Source: Vulcanimicrobiota bacterium | GTDB taxonomy: Bacteria; Vulcanimicrobiota; Vulcanimicrobiia; Vulcanimicrobiales; Vulcanimicrobiaceae | Length of the DNA: 55,506 bases | NCBI GenBank assembly: GCA_003135555.1 | Contig: PLCF01000079.1 | Coordinates: 1-55,506 of the forward strand | Direction of reading: 5' to 3' | Shown: positions 47,173-55,506 of the stretch, piece by piece | How positions within the stretch are numbered: the stretch's first letter is position 1 | Layout: every line of letters starts with the position of its first letter | Made by a program: the position numbers and the translations under genes | The notes under the pieces: model-generated | What the model saw: only the letters and a program-made list of their open reading frames with translations | What the model was told of the DNA's origin: nothing | The model's database searches: none

Positions 47173-48482
47173 CGGATCGCGGCGCTGCCGCTGACGAGCC
47201 GCGTTCGCGACCACTTCTCGTAGGGTTGCACGCGGCGGAAGATCGACAGCCACCCGACGATCGCTAGCAGGCTCGCGATGAGCGCGATGTATCGGCCGAG
47301 CGCGCGCACGAAGCCGATGCGCGGGTCGCGATTGGCGGTCACGACGCGCAAGTCGCAGATCATCATCCCCACCGTTTGGCCGGCGAGCGCGACGAGCACG
47401 ATCGCGTAGACGCCGAACACGAACCACAGCAGAGGGTTGCCGCCGAAGGAGACCTGCACGTGGCTGCTGGCGCCGAGATCCTTGGCGATCCGGCTGACGA
47501 TCGGAGCGACGTCGGGATCCGCCGCGAGCTGCTTGAGCGAGAACACACGCTCTTGGACGGCCGCCGCCGCGGGCACGATCGCCTGGATGACGGCGACATC
47601 GATCAGGAACGCCCACGTGCGCCGCCAAAATCCGGCGTATACTGCCTCGCGAGCGTCGGGCACCGGCGACGCCGAGGCATTGGCCGTGAAACGCGGCGCC
47701 CAGGCGAGAAAGAGCGGATCGCGCGCGAAGCGGTGCAGCGCGGCGATGCGGTTGGTCGAATAGGGCGTCGACGCCGTCCACTCGGCCATGCGCAGCGACG
47801 GTTCGGCGTGCAATTCCTTGAGTTGTCCGGCGAAGGCGGCGAGGTCGGCCTTGCGGCCCACCGAACCGAAGGTCGCGACGGCGATCGCGCGCATCGCGGT
47901 TTCGAGCGAGCCGCAACAGAGCAGGCCGATGCGGTCGGCGGTGTATTCGATGCGCCGCAACCACGCGCCGAACGCGATGGCGATGACGCCGGTCTCGCGG
48001 CCGTTCGCGCTGAGCAGCGAGGTGAAGCGCGTGTGGCCGGCCGCGATGTGCCCGAGCTCGCGGCCGACCAGAAAGCGTAGTTCGTCAGCTTGAAAGTGAT
48101 CGACGAACTGCGCGGAGATCACGATCGCGTACGGATCCCCGATGCCCACCGCCACTACGGGTACGAACGGATCGTCGCGGACGAAGACGTGCGGCATCGG
48201 AAGGCGCGCCATGCGCGCGCATTCCTCGACGACGGCGTGGATGTGAGCGAACTGCGCGGCGTGCACGCGCAGCCCCGCGCCTAACAGACGCCCGCGCGCG
48301 AAGGCGACGTAGACCATCGCGACGACGAGCAGCAGCGCGATCTCCTGCCAGGTGACTTGGTGCTGCAGCAGCCATCCCAGGACCAGCACGGTGAGCGGCA
48401 GCGAGAGCAGCGTCCAGACGAAGGTCGCGCGCTCGCCGCGCACGCGTAACGACTGGGGTCCCGAGAACAGCGCCGCCGCCAC
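47169..48482 (-). CDS. M48-like peptidase domain fused to RDD domain
   Basis: ELRFLVGRELGH, EYTADR; C-terminal YAGFWRR..AFLID and GQTVGMMICDLRVV. Confidence 0.78.
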   Translation of the reverse strand: MAAALFSGPQSLRVRGERATFVWTLLSLPLTVLVLGWLLQHQVTWQEIALLLVVAMVYVAFARGRLLGAGLRVHAAQFAHIHAVVEECARMARLPMPHVFVRDDPFVPVVAVGIGDPYAIVISAQFVDHFQADELRFLVGRELGHIAAGHTRFTSLLSANGRETGVIAIAFGAWLRRIEYTADRIGLLCCGSLETAMRAIAVATFGSVGRKADLAAFAGQLKELHAEPSLRMAEWTASTPYSTNRIAALHRFARDPLFLAWAPRFTANASASPVPDAREAVYAGFWRRTWAFLIDVAVIQAIVPAAAAVQERVFSLKQLAADPDVAPIVSRIAKDLGASSHVQVSFGGNPLLWFVFGVYAIVLVALAGQTVGMMICDLRVVTANRDPRIGFVRALGRYIALIASLLAIVGWLSIFRRVQPYEKWSRTRLVSGSAAIR

Positions 48483-48494
48483 CGCTGGGTCCTC

Positions 48495-49646
48495 CTACTT
48501 CAGCATGAAACCGCTGGGATGGGCTTGGCGCTCGTAGCTGAACTTCCCGTCCTTGAGCCGGTAGAAGTAGCAGTTCGGATCGAGGACATCGCCGGTCGGC
48601 CCGAAGGTGTACGAGCCGGTCACCGTGTCGTACGCCCCGCCGCTCGCGATCGCGCGGATCAGCGATTGACGCGTCGTGGCGTTGGTGCGCCGCGCCGCGA
48701 GCCGAACCAGCTGCACGCCGGCGTAGCCGTAGGCCGCTACCGGGGTGAGCGGGCCGTAGCGCGCCTCATAGAGCTGCACGTCACGCATCGCGATCGGCGC
48801 CATCGGATAGTAGGGAACGGCCGATGAGACCACGAGACCGTCGGCGATCTTCGAATACGTTCGAATGGTCTGCGCGTCGAAGAAGCCCTGGGTCCCGACG
48901 AACCGGCCGGCGAAACCCTTCGTTCGCAGGACGCCGATCAGTCCGCCCATGTCGTCGACGTTGCCGGCCAAGACGATGCAGTCCGGCGCGTGGGTAAGAA
49001 TCGTGTCGGCGGCTTTGCCGAAGTCGGGCTTGTCGACCGAAAACTGCGTGAGGCCGGCGTTGAGGTGCAGCGCGCCGGCACGGCGGACGAAACCGCTCGC
49101 GACGGTGGGACCGTAGTCGCCGTCCTGCGTGACGACGTGCGGCGCCTTCGAGCCGGTGCTGATGACGTAGGCCGCGACGAGGCTGCCCTCGTCCGAGTCT
49201 TTGGTCGGCAGGCGGAACACGTTGCGGTAGCCGCGCGCGGTGATGCGGTCGTCGGTAACGGTCGGCACGAGCAGCGGAACCTGCGCGTTGGCATAGCTCT
49301 GCAACGTCGCCAGCGTCGCGCCCGAGCTGAGGTGTCCGATCACCGCAATCACGTCGGGCGAACCGGTGGCGAACGATGCCTGGACGACCGCGTCGGCGGC
49401 GGTGTTGTGATCGTCGTAGGCGTCGAAGAGGAACGCGCGCTCGAACGAGCTGCGCGAGTAGTTCGCTTCGTCGACCGCCGCCCGCACGCCGTCGACGAGC
49501 TGTCGTCCCAACCGCGCGTCGGGCCCGCTCTGCGGGCAGACGACCGCCAGCCGCAGCGAAGGCGTATACGGCGTGACCTGCGCAACCTCGGTAGAGCCGG
49601 CGGCGCCCGCGGCGCCGAGCGCGGCGAGAAATTGGGCGCGGATCAT
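48495..49646 (-). CDS. Branched-chain amino acid-type substrate-binding protein
   Basis: CPQSG, AYDD, VIGHLSSG, NVFRL..D, YGYAG. Confidence 0.82.
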   Translation of the reverse strand: MIRAQFLAALGAAGAAGSTEVAQVTPYTPSLRLAVVCPQSGPDARLGRQLVDGVRAAVDEANYSRSSFERAFLFDAYDDHNTAADAVVQASFATGSPDVIAVIGHLSSGATLATLQSYANAQVPLLVPTVTDDRITARGYRNVFRLPTKDSDEGSLVAAYVISTGSKAPHVVTQDGDYGPTVASGFVRRAGALHLNAGLTQFSVDKPDFGKAADTILTHAPDCIVLAGNVDDMGGLIGVLRTKGFAGRFVGTQGFFDAQTIRTYSKIADGLVVSSAVPYYPMAPIAMRDVQLYEARYGPLTPVAAYGYAGVQLVRLAARRTNATTRQSLIRAIASGGAYDTVTGSYTFGPTGDVLDPNCYFYRLKDGKFSYERQAHPSGFMLK

Positions 49647-50500
49647 TGCGCGACGACGTACGACGCCAACGTCGTCCCCAAGAAGGCGACCGAGAAGCCC
49701 ATGTTGGTGAGGAAGACGCGCTCGTTGAGCGCGAACACGTCGGTCGCCAGCGCGATGAGCCGCTCTTCGTAGAGCGTGACCGCGAGCGCCAGCGCCACGC
49801 CGGCGTAATACAGCGGTCCGGGGTGCGCGATGAGCCCCGCACCGAGCAGCGCCAGCGTCATGAGGACGTGCAGCGCGACCGACCAGCTGCGCGCGCTGCG
49901 CTCGCCGAAGCGCTGCGGGAACGAGCGGACGTTGTTGGCGACGTCGAAACGCACGTCCATGAGCGCGTAGAGGATGTCGAACCCGGCGACCCACACCGTC
50001 ACCGCGGCGAAGAGCAAGAGTGCGGGGACGGTCACCGTACCGGCCACGGCGATGTAGGCGCCCAGCGGAGCGAAGCCGTCGACGGCGCCCAGCACGAAGT
50101 GGACCAGCCAGGTGAAGCGTTTGCACAGCGGATAACCGACCGCGCCGAGCGCCGCCAGGGGCAGCAGCTTCACGCACAGCGGGTTGAGCATCGCGGCGCT
50201 GAGCACGAGCAGCGCCAGCCCGGCGCCGATCGCCCACAGCATCGCCGCGGGCGCGAGCGTCCCGCTGGCGAGGGCGCGCCGCGCGGTGCGCGGGTTCGCG
50301 GCGTCGATGTCACGATCGAAGTACCGGTTCGCGGCCATCGCCGCGGTGCGCGCGCCGATCACCGCCAGCGTGATCCAGGTCAGCTGCCACCAGTGCGGAA
50401 GCCCGCGCGCCGCCATCACCGCGCCGACGTAGGCGAACGGCAGCGCGAACAGCGTATGCTCGACCCGAATGTCCCGCAGGAACAGCTTGACGGCGTTCAC
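49643..50500 (-). CDS. UbiA-family prenyltransferase (MqnP-like)
   Basis: EHTLFALPFAY, NRYFDRDIDAANPRTARR, GFDILYALMD. Confidence 0.9.
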   Translation of the reverse strand: MNAVKLFLRDIRVEHTLFALPFAYVGAVMAARGLPHWWQLTWITLAVIGARTAAMAANRYFDRDIDAANPRTARRALASGTLAPAAMLWAIGAGLALLVLSAAMLNPLCVKLLPLAALGAVGYPLCKRFTWLVHFVLGAVDGFAPLGAYIAVAGTVTVPALLLFAAVTVWVAGFDILYALMDVRFDVANNVRSFPQRFGERSARSWSVALHVLMTLALLGAGLIAHPGPLYYAGVALALAVTLYEERLIALATDVFALNERVFLTNMGFSVAFLGTTLASYVVAQ

Positions 50501-51480
50501 GCGCCGGCCGGCTTTCTGCCGCGCGGATCCTTCGTTCGATAGTAGTCATCAACCCATTTGCGCGAGCTGTACAGGACACCATGGTGGACGCGGTGCGGCA
50601 GTTTCCCGCGCGCTGCGGCGGCACGGAGTGCGGTCAGAGGCCGCCCAGCCGCGACTAACGACGTGACCGGCACGAGCTTCGCCGGCCCCGCAATGGACGG
50701 ATAGATGAAGCGGTCGAGATTTGCCTTCGCCGCTTTTGCGAACAATTCGGCGAGCGGCCGCGCGTTGCCCTGGTCTGCTTTGGCGAGCGCCTGAAGGTAA
50801 CGCGAACGGTCGCCCTTCAGGATGATTGCCGGAGGGTACCGGAGGCGGACGAGCAGCAGATTCGTGAGCAATCTCCCGACTCGGCCGTTGCCGTCTTCGA
50901 ACGGATGGATGCGCTCGAAGCGCGCGTGCTGTTCGGCGATCCAGACGAGCGCATGCGTGTCGCTCGGCGGTCCCGCGCCGATTGCATCGACAAATGCCGT
51001 CATCTCGGCGGGAACCGCGAAGCTTTCGGGCGGCTGCATCCCGCTTGGAAAGCGCGCGACTTCCAGCTCGCGCCACGCGCCCGGCTTCGCTCGTTTCTCC
51101 GTGACGAGCCATTCATCGCCGACGATCAGCTCGTGAATGTGACGAAGTTCCGTGACCGAGACGATCTTGGCGGCGTCGTCGCGCACGTCGATCGCGCGCT
51201 CGTACACCCATTGTGATGCCTTGGCGTAACCCTGAACCTCGAGGTACTCTCGCAGCTCCTTGTCGCCCGTTGCTCGACCTTGTCCGAGGAGCGCCTCGAC
51301 TTGACGGAAGACGAGGGTGTTACCCTCGAGTGCCGTGGAGTGGTGGGCCTCTTCGAGCCAGATCGCGTGCCAAATGGCGCGGGCCGTGTCGGCCGGCGGC
51401 AAGCCGCCGAACCGATCGTGAAGGTCGCTCATCTCGAGGTCGAACTGGCGGAGCCGCTGCTCCAGGGTCAGATTCGGCAT
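50497..51480 (-). CDS. Fic family protein with C-terminal HTH-like domain
   Basis: HPFEDGNGRVGR catalytic motif; N-terminal STALEGN inhibitory motif; AAGGA RBS. Confidence 0.9.
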   Translation of the reverse strand: MPNLTLEQRLRQFDLEMSDLHDRFGGLPPADTARAIWHAIWLEEAHHSTALEGNTLVFRQVEALLGQGRATGDKELREYLEVQGYAKASQWVYERAIDVRDDAAKIVSVTELRHIHELIVGDEWLVTEKRAKPGAWRELEVARFPSGMQPPESFAVPAEMTAFVDAIGAGPPSDTHALVWIAEQHARFERIHPFEDGNGRVGRLLTNLLLVRLRYPPAIILKGDRSRYLQALAKADQGNARPLAELFAKAAKANLDRFIYPSIAGPAKLVPVTSLVAAGRPLTALRAAAARGKLPHRVHHGVLYSSRKWVDDYYRTKDPRGRKPAGA

Positions 51481-51562
51481 TATTGTCTTTTCCTTGGCAT
51501 CACGATAGCATAAAGACAATAGTTTTGTCCACCAGTTGTCGCAAGGCTGTCATAAAGACAAT
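51481..51562. promoter_or_regulatory. AT-rich repeated operator-like region upstream of fic
   Basis: CATAAAGACAAT at 51509 and 51551; inverted ATTGTCTTT at 51482. Confidence 0.55.
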
Positions 51563-53136
51563 TAATCCTTCGAGCGGGCGGCCGCCGACTTTGGGGGGCG
51601 GTCGTTCGGGGAGCTCGAGGCGGAGGCCAGGAGGCGGGCGAGCCGGGCCGCGCCCTGGCCCGACCAGTCGTCGGCGACGCCGATGCGTGCGAGGTCGCCG
51701 ATCCCGTACTCTTTCCAGCGCGCGCTGACCCGGGCGCGGGTCTCGGCGTCCATGCGGATCTCCGGCGGCCAGTCGCGCTGGTAGCCCTCGTCGGCCCCTT
51801 TGCGCGTCGCGTCGATGCCGATCTTGTGGCCCAGCGCGAGCTCGTACGAGCCGGCGTGGTCGAGGTCGTCGACCGGGCCGGGCATGATGACCAGATCGCG
51901 CGACGCGTCGATGTTGTTGAGCGCGTACCATACGACGCCGCGCACGTCGTGCACGTCGATGTCGTGATCCACCACCACGATACAACGGGTGAGCATCATC
52001 ATGTGTCCCAGGCCCCACAGCGCGTTCATGACTTTTTTCGCTTGGCCGGGATACGATTTGCGGACCGCGACGATGACGAGGTTGTGAAATCCGCCCTCGA
52101 CCGGAAGGTTGTAGTCGACGATCTCCGGGACGACCGCTTGGAGCAGCGGCAGAAAGATGCGCTCCGTCGCCTTGCCCATCCAGGCGTCTTCCATCGGTGG
52201 CTTACCGACGACCGTCGCGCCCCAGATCGCATCGCGCCGGTGAGTGATCGCGGTGACGTGGAACGCCGGGAACAGGTCCGCGGCCGAATAGACGCCGGTG
52301 TGGTCGCCGAAGGGACCCTCGACGCGCAGGTCGTCGTTGTCGACGTAGCCTTCGATCACGAAGTCCGCATCGGCGGGCACGTCGGCGTCGATCGACACCG
52401 CCTTGGCGATGCGCACCGGCGCGCCGCGCAGAAAGCCTGCGAAGGCGAGCTCGTCGACGACGGGCGGCAGCGGCGCGCTGGCCGCGTACGTCAGCGCCGG
52501 ATCGCCGCCGACCGCGACGGTCACCGGGATGCGCCGGCCCCATTTCGCGGCGTGCGCGCGGCCCTGCTTGTGGCGCTGCCAGTGCATCGCCGCGGTCGTC
52601 GCGTCGTACACTTGCACGCGATACATGCCGATGTTGGGCCGGCCCGTCTCGGGATCGCGGGTGAACACGAGCGGCAGCGTGATGAACGGCCCACCGTCGA
52701 GCGGCCAGGTCGTCAGCACCGGCAACTGGGTGAGGTCGGGCGGGTCCATCACGACCTGTTGTGACGGCGCGTGCTTCACGCGGCGCGGCAGCGCCGAAGC
52801 GCCGGCCGCCGCGAGTGCGGCCAGCCGGCCCAGCTTACCGCCCAGCGTCGGCGGCAACGCGAGGTCGATCGTACGCCGCATCCGCTCCTCGACCTCGCGC
52901 AGCGAGCGCGCCCCGAGCGCCATCGCGGCGCGCCGCTGCGTGCCGAACTGGTTCGTCAACACGGGGAATTTCGAACCGCGGACGTTGCGGAACAGCAGCG
53001 CCGGGCCGCCCGCTTTGACGACCCGGTCGGTGATCTCCGCGATCTCGAGGCGCGGGTCGACCGCGACGTCGATCGTCGTGAGCTCACCGGCGTCGCGCAG
53101 AGCGCGCACGAACGCGCCAAGCGATTCGTAGGGCAT
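51562..53136 (-). CDS. UbiD-family decarboxylase (menaquinone futalosine pathway, MqnL-like)
   Basis: EIAEITDR, DGGPFITLP, NIGMYRVQ, EGPFGDHTG, VGKPPMED, GIDATRK. Confidence 0.92.
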   Translation of the reverse strand: MPYESLGAFVRALRDAGELTTIDVAVDPRLEIAEITDRVVKAGGPALLFRNVRGSKFPVLTNQFGTQRRAAMALGARSLREVEERMRRTIDLALPPTLGGKLGRLAALAAAGASALPRRVKHAPSQQVVMDPPDLTQLPVLTTWPLDGGPFITLPLVFTRDPETGRPNIGMYRVQVYDATTAAMHWQRHKQGRAHAAKWGRRIPVTVAVGGDPALTYAASAPLPPVVDELAFAGFLRGAPVRIAKAVSIDADVPADADFVIEGYVDNDDLRVEGPFGDHTGVYSAADLFPAFHVTAITHRRDAIWGATVVGKPPMEDAWMGKATERIFLPLLQAVVPEIVDYNLPVEGGFHNLVIVAVRKSYPGQAKKVMNALWGLGHMMMLTRCIVVVDHDIDVHDVRGVVWYALNNIDASRDLVIMPGPVDDLDHAGSYELALGHKIGIDATRKGADEGYQRDWPPEIRMDAETRARVSARWKEYGIGDLARIGVADDWSGQGAARLARLLASASSSPNDRPPKSAAARSKD

Positions 53137-53157
53137 TCGTCGAATCTTGGACAGCCT

Positions 53158-53454
53158 ATGGCTCAGTTCATCGCGCTCTTCCGCCGCGACTACGATCGCT
53201 TCCCCGAGGCCGAGTTCACGCCGGCGCTCCTCGAGCAGGAGGCCGAGCGAGCTCGCCAGCTCTACACCGGGGGCACCTTCCGGGCGATCTGGAGCCGGCA
53301 AGACGTCCCCGGCGCCGTCGTGCTGCTGGAAGCCGGTTCGATCGACGAGGCCCGCGCGGTCCTCGGGTCGCTCCCCCTGGCCGTGCTCGAGATGCTGGCG
53401 CTCGACGCGCTCGTGCCGCTGATCCCCTATCGCGGCTTCGCCCCCCGCGGCTGA
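53158..53454 (+). CDS. Muconolactone isomerase-like / YciI-like small protein
   Basis: EAERARQLY..G.FRAIW, GAVVLLEA, SLPL. Confidence 0.65.
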   Translation: MAQFIALFRRDYDRFPEAEFTPALLEQEAERARQLYTGGTFRAIWSRQDVPGAVVLLEAGSIDEARAVLGSLPLAVLEMLALDALVPLIPYRGFAPRG

Positions 53455-53467
53455 CCCGCAGCCGGCC

Positions 53468-54058
53468 TCAGGCGATCGAGATAACCGCCGCCGACGCCTC
53501 GGGCGCGTCGGTGCGCCGCAGCAGCGCGGCTGCGGTGCGGTCACCGGCCGGCCACCATCCGCGATCGACCCGAACCGTGCTGGCGACGACGAGCTCGTCG
53601 CGATGGAGCCGGTGGCACTCAAAGCGCGGCTCCTCATCCGGTGCGACGACCCCGGTTCCGAGCGCGGCGGAAAGCCCATGCAGCGCGTTGCGCTCGTCGG
53701 CGATCGCACCGAAAACCGACGTGTCGAGGTTTCCCGCGCCCACGAAATCGACGTCATAGCCGTCGGCGGCGAATGCGAGCAAGGCGATCGAAGCGGCCAG
53801 CTCGTCGTCACGGTGCTCGCGCGCGTGGTGCTGCACGATTCGATCGAGCGCGACGATCGCGCCGTGCAGTGCGGCGCGCGACGATATCAGCGCGCGCGTC
53901 CCGGCACGCAACAGGTCGCTGACCGCGACGCGATCGTTCCCGCCGACTACCGCCCCGACCGCGACGATGGTCGTGCCGTCGTGGGTGGTCCATGACTCGG
54001 CAAAGGTCGAACCGTACTTCCGGTGATGCGCGCAGCGCGTCTCGAGGTCGACGTGCAC
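53468..54058 (-). CDS. Hypothetical protein, degenerate PP2C/SpoIIE-like fold possible
   Basis: SIALLAF, FVGAGN, ALGTG, ELVVAST pattern without catalytic Asp motifs. Confidence 0.45.
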   Translation of the reverse strand: MHVDLETRCAHHRKYGSTFAESWTTHDGTTIVAVGAVVGGNDRVAVSDLLRAGTRALISSRAALHGAIVALDRIVQHHAREHRDDELAASIALLAFAADGYDVDFVGAGNLDTSVFGAIADERNALHGLSAALGTGVVAPDEEPRFECHRLHRDELVVASTVRVDRGWWPAGDRTAAALLRRTDAPEASAAVISIA

Positions 54059-54064
54059 GATGGT

Positions 54065-54568
54065 TCAGTCCGCGGTTAGCGCGCGACGCATGACGATCGC
54101 GTCGAGCGCGCTGCCGTCCCGACGGGCGATCGCCTGAGGCTGCACGACCACGTCGACGAAACCCGCCGCGCGATAGAGTCCGCGCGCCCGCTCGTTGTCC
54201 GGGAACACGCGCAGCCGCAGCGCCGTCTTCCCGTTCACGCGGGCCCATCCAACGGCGCTGTCAAGCAACGCGCGGCCGATCCCGCGACCGCGGTGCGACG
54301 CGGCCACGATCATCCCCAGCTCGGGCTCGTCTTGGACGAGGTCGAAGACCGACAGGTCGCCGACGAGTTCGCGGCCGTCGAGCGCGACCCACCCGACGCA
54401 GCGCCGAGCCAGCAACGCTGCGCGCAGTTCGTCGACACGCTCGGCGACGTCGAACGGCCACTCCGTGGCGATCCAGCGGCCTTCGCGCGCGACCTCGGCG
54501 AGCAGCTCGACGACCGCTTCGGCGTCGCGCTCCCCCTTGGGGCGCAGGGTCCACGCCGGCCGCGTCAC
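54065..54568 (-). CDS. GNAT acetyltransferase
   Basis: HRGRGIGRALL, LRVFPDNERARGLYRAAGF. Confidence 0.9.
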   Translation of the reverse strand: MTRPAWTLRPKGERDAEAVVELLAEVAREGRWIATEWPFDVAERVDELRAALLARRCVGWVALDGRELVGDLSVFDLVQDEPELGMIVAASHRGRGIGRALLDSAVGWARVNGKTALRLRVFPDNERARGLYRAAGFVDVVVQPQAIARRDGSALDAIVMRRALTAD

Positions 54569-54569
54569 G

Positions 54570-55127
54570 TCACTGGATTCCGAGCTTGGCCAGGTACGAC
54601 GGCAGGACGTCGAGCGGATCGCCCTCGACGGTGAGCGCCAAGCCGTGCCACGCGTAGCGCACGACGCCGTTCGCGTCGAGCAAGAAGTCGGCCGGGATGC
54701 GGTATTTCGTACCGGCGTGTAGTTGAATCTCCGGCGCGATGATCGCGTCGAGCTGCTCGATCGAATAGATCGCTACCGGAAACGGCAACGCCGCCCGCAT
54801 CACCGCGGCGTGCGCCGCGTCGTCTCCTTCGAGCACGTCGACGCCGACGAAGCGGACGCGGTCGCCGTACTTCGCAAAGTCGCTGCGCACGAACGGCAGC
54901 GCCTCCTGGCACGGCCCGCACCAGCCGGCGAACAAGAAGACGTAGGTCGGTTTTCCGCGCAGCGTGCCCAACGGCACTGGGGCGCCGTCGCCGGTGGTCA
55001 ACAGCACGCTCGGCGCCGGCCTGCCAACCGCGTCGGAAAGGTCGAATATAGTCGTCGGCCGCCGTGCGGCACCGCTGAGCGCGACCGCGGCAAGCAGAGC
55101 AAATCCGAACGTGCGCAAGCCGGACAT
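54570..55127 (-). CDS. TlpA-like thioredoxin/disulfide reductase, exported
   Basis: Signal peptide; FAGWCGPC. Confidence 0.85.
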   Translation of the reverse strand: MSGLRTFGFALLAAVALSGAARRPTTIFDLSDAVGRPAPSVLLTTGDGAPVPLGTLRGKPTYVFLFAGWCGPCQEALPFVRSDFAKYGDRVRFVGVDVLEGDDAAHAAVMRAALPFPVAIYSIEQLDAIIAPEIQLHAGTKYRIPADFLLDANGVVRYAWHGLALTVEGDPLDVLPSYLAKLGIQ

Positions 55128-55130
55128 CGT

Positions 55131-55156
55131 GAGAGCCCGTCTTGCGACGGGCTCTC
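55131..55156 (-). terminator. Stem-loop downstream of pnp
   Basis: GAGAGCCCGTC-GCAA-GACGGGCTCTC, 11-bp perfect stem; no U-tract. Confidence 0.65.
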
Positions 55157-55170
55157 CGGGTTCCCTGGGG

Positions 55171-55506
55171 TTAGTCGCCCGAACCGCCGCCGGTGGGCCG
55201 GGGACGGCGCCGGCGCGGCCGGTCGCCGCCTCCGCCGCCCGTACCGCCGCTGGGAGCGGCGTCACGTCGCGGCATCGGACCGTTCCCGCGCACGCCGGCG
55301 CCGACGGGTTCGCGATCCTCGCTGGGCGCGCCACCGCCGCCATCGCCGCCGAGCATCGCCTTGCGGCTGAGGTTGATGCGGCCTTGTGAGTCGATCTCCA
55401 TGACCTTGACCATGATCTGGTCGCCGGGCTTCACCACGTCCTCGACCCGCTCGACGCGTTGCGGCGCGAGCTGCGAGATGTGAACCAGGCCTTCCTTGCC
55501 CGGCAA
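55171..55506 (-). CDS. pnp: Polyribonucleotide nucleotidyltransferase, C-terminal S1 domain (partial)
   Basis: [40 protein letters not shown] plus Gly/Arg tail. Confidence 0.88.
   Translation of the reverse strand: MPGKEGLVHISQLAPQRVERVEDVVKPGDQIMVKVMEIDSQGRINLSRKAMLGGDGGGGAPSEDREPVGAGVRGNGPMPRRDAAPSGGTGGGGGDRPRRRRPRPTGGGSGD

Overview
High-GC (about 70%) bacterial chromosomal segment, gene-dense, with no rRNA, tRNA or CRISPR array seen. Gene style suggests Vulcanimicrobiota/Eremiobacterota, but that is inference only. Core content: ftsE-ftsX-envC-like cell-division operon, acyl-CoA dehydrogenase, peroxiredoxin, an Mre11/Rad50-like (YhaO/YhaN-type) pair, a Liv-type ABC transporter, acyl-CoA synthetase, hydrolases, lipid kinases and phosphatases, an M16 peptidase pair, menaquinone ubiD/ubiA-type genes and the 3' end of pnp. 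The most notable items are as follows. (1) A solo, catalytically intact TnpB whose upstream 200 bp carries an inverted, in-register diverged copy of the tnpB 3'-end (omegaRNA) region, a candidate second guide RNA or pairing partner. (2) A dispersed imuA/imuB/dnaE2 mutasome, with GAAC-N4-GTTC LexA-type boxes before imuA, dnaE2 and the Mre11/Rad50-like operon. (3) Three 16-bp palindromes at exactly 22-bp spacing before a wHTH gene and a broken nucleotidyltransferase-like gene. (4) Several genes that appear to need CTG or other non-canonical starts. (5) A Fic gene inserted in the menaquinone operon, a low-GC TPR membrane gene, and small acidic proteins behind SigB/SigF-like promoters. All calls come from reading motifs by eye; no database searches were run.
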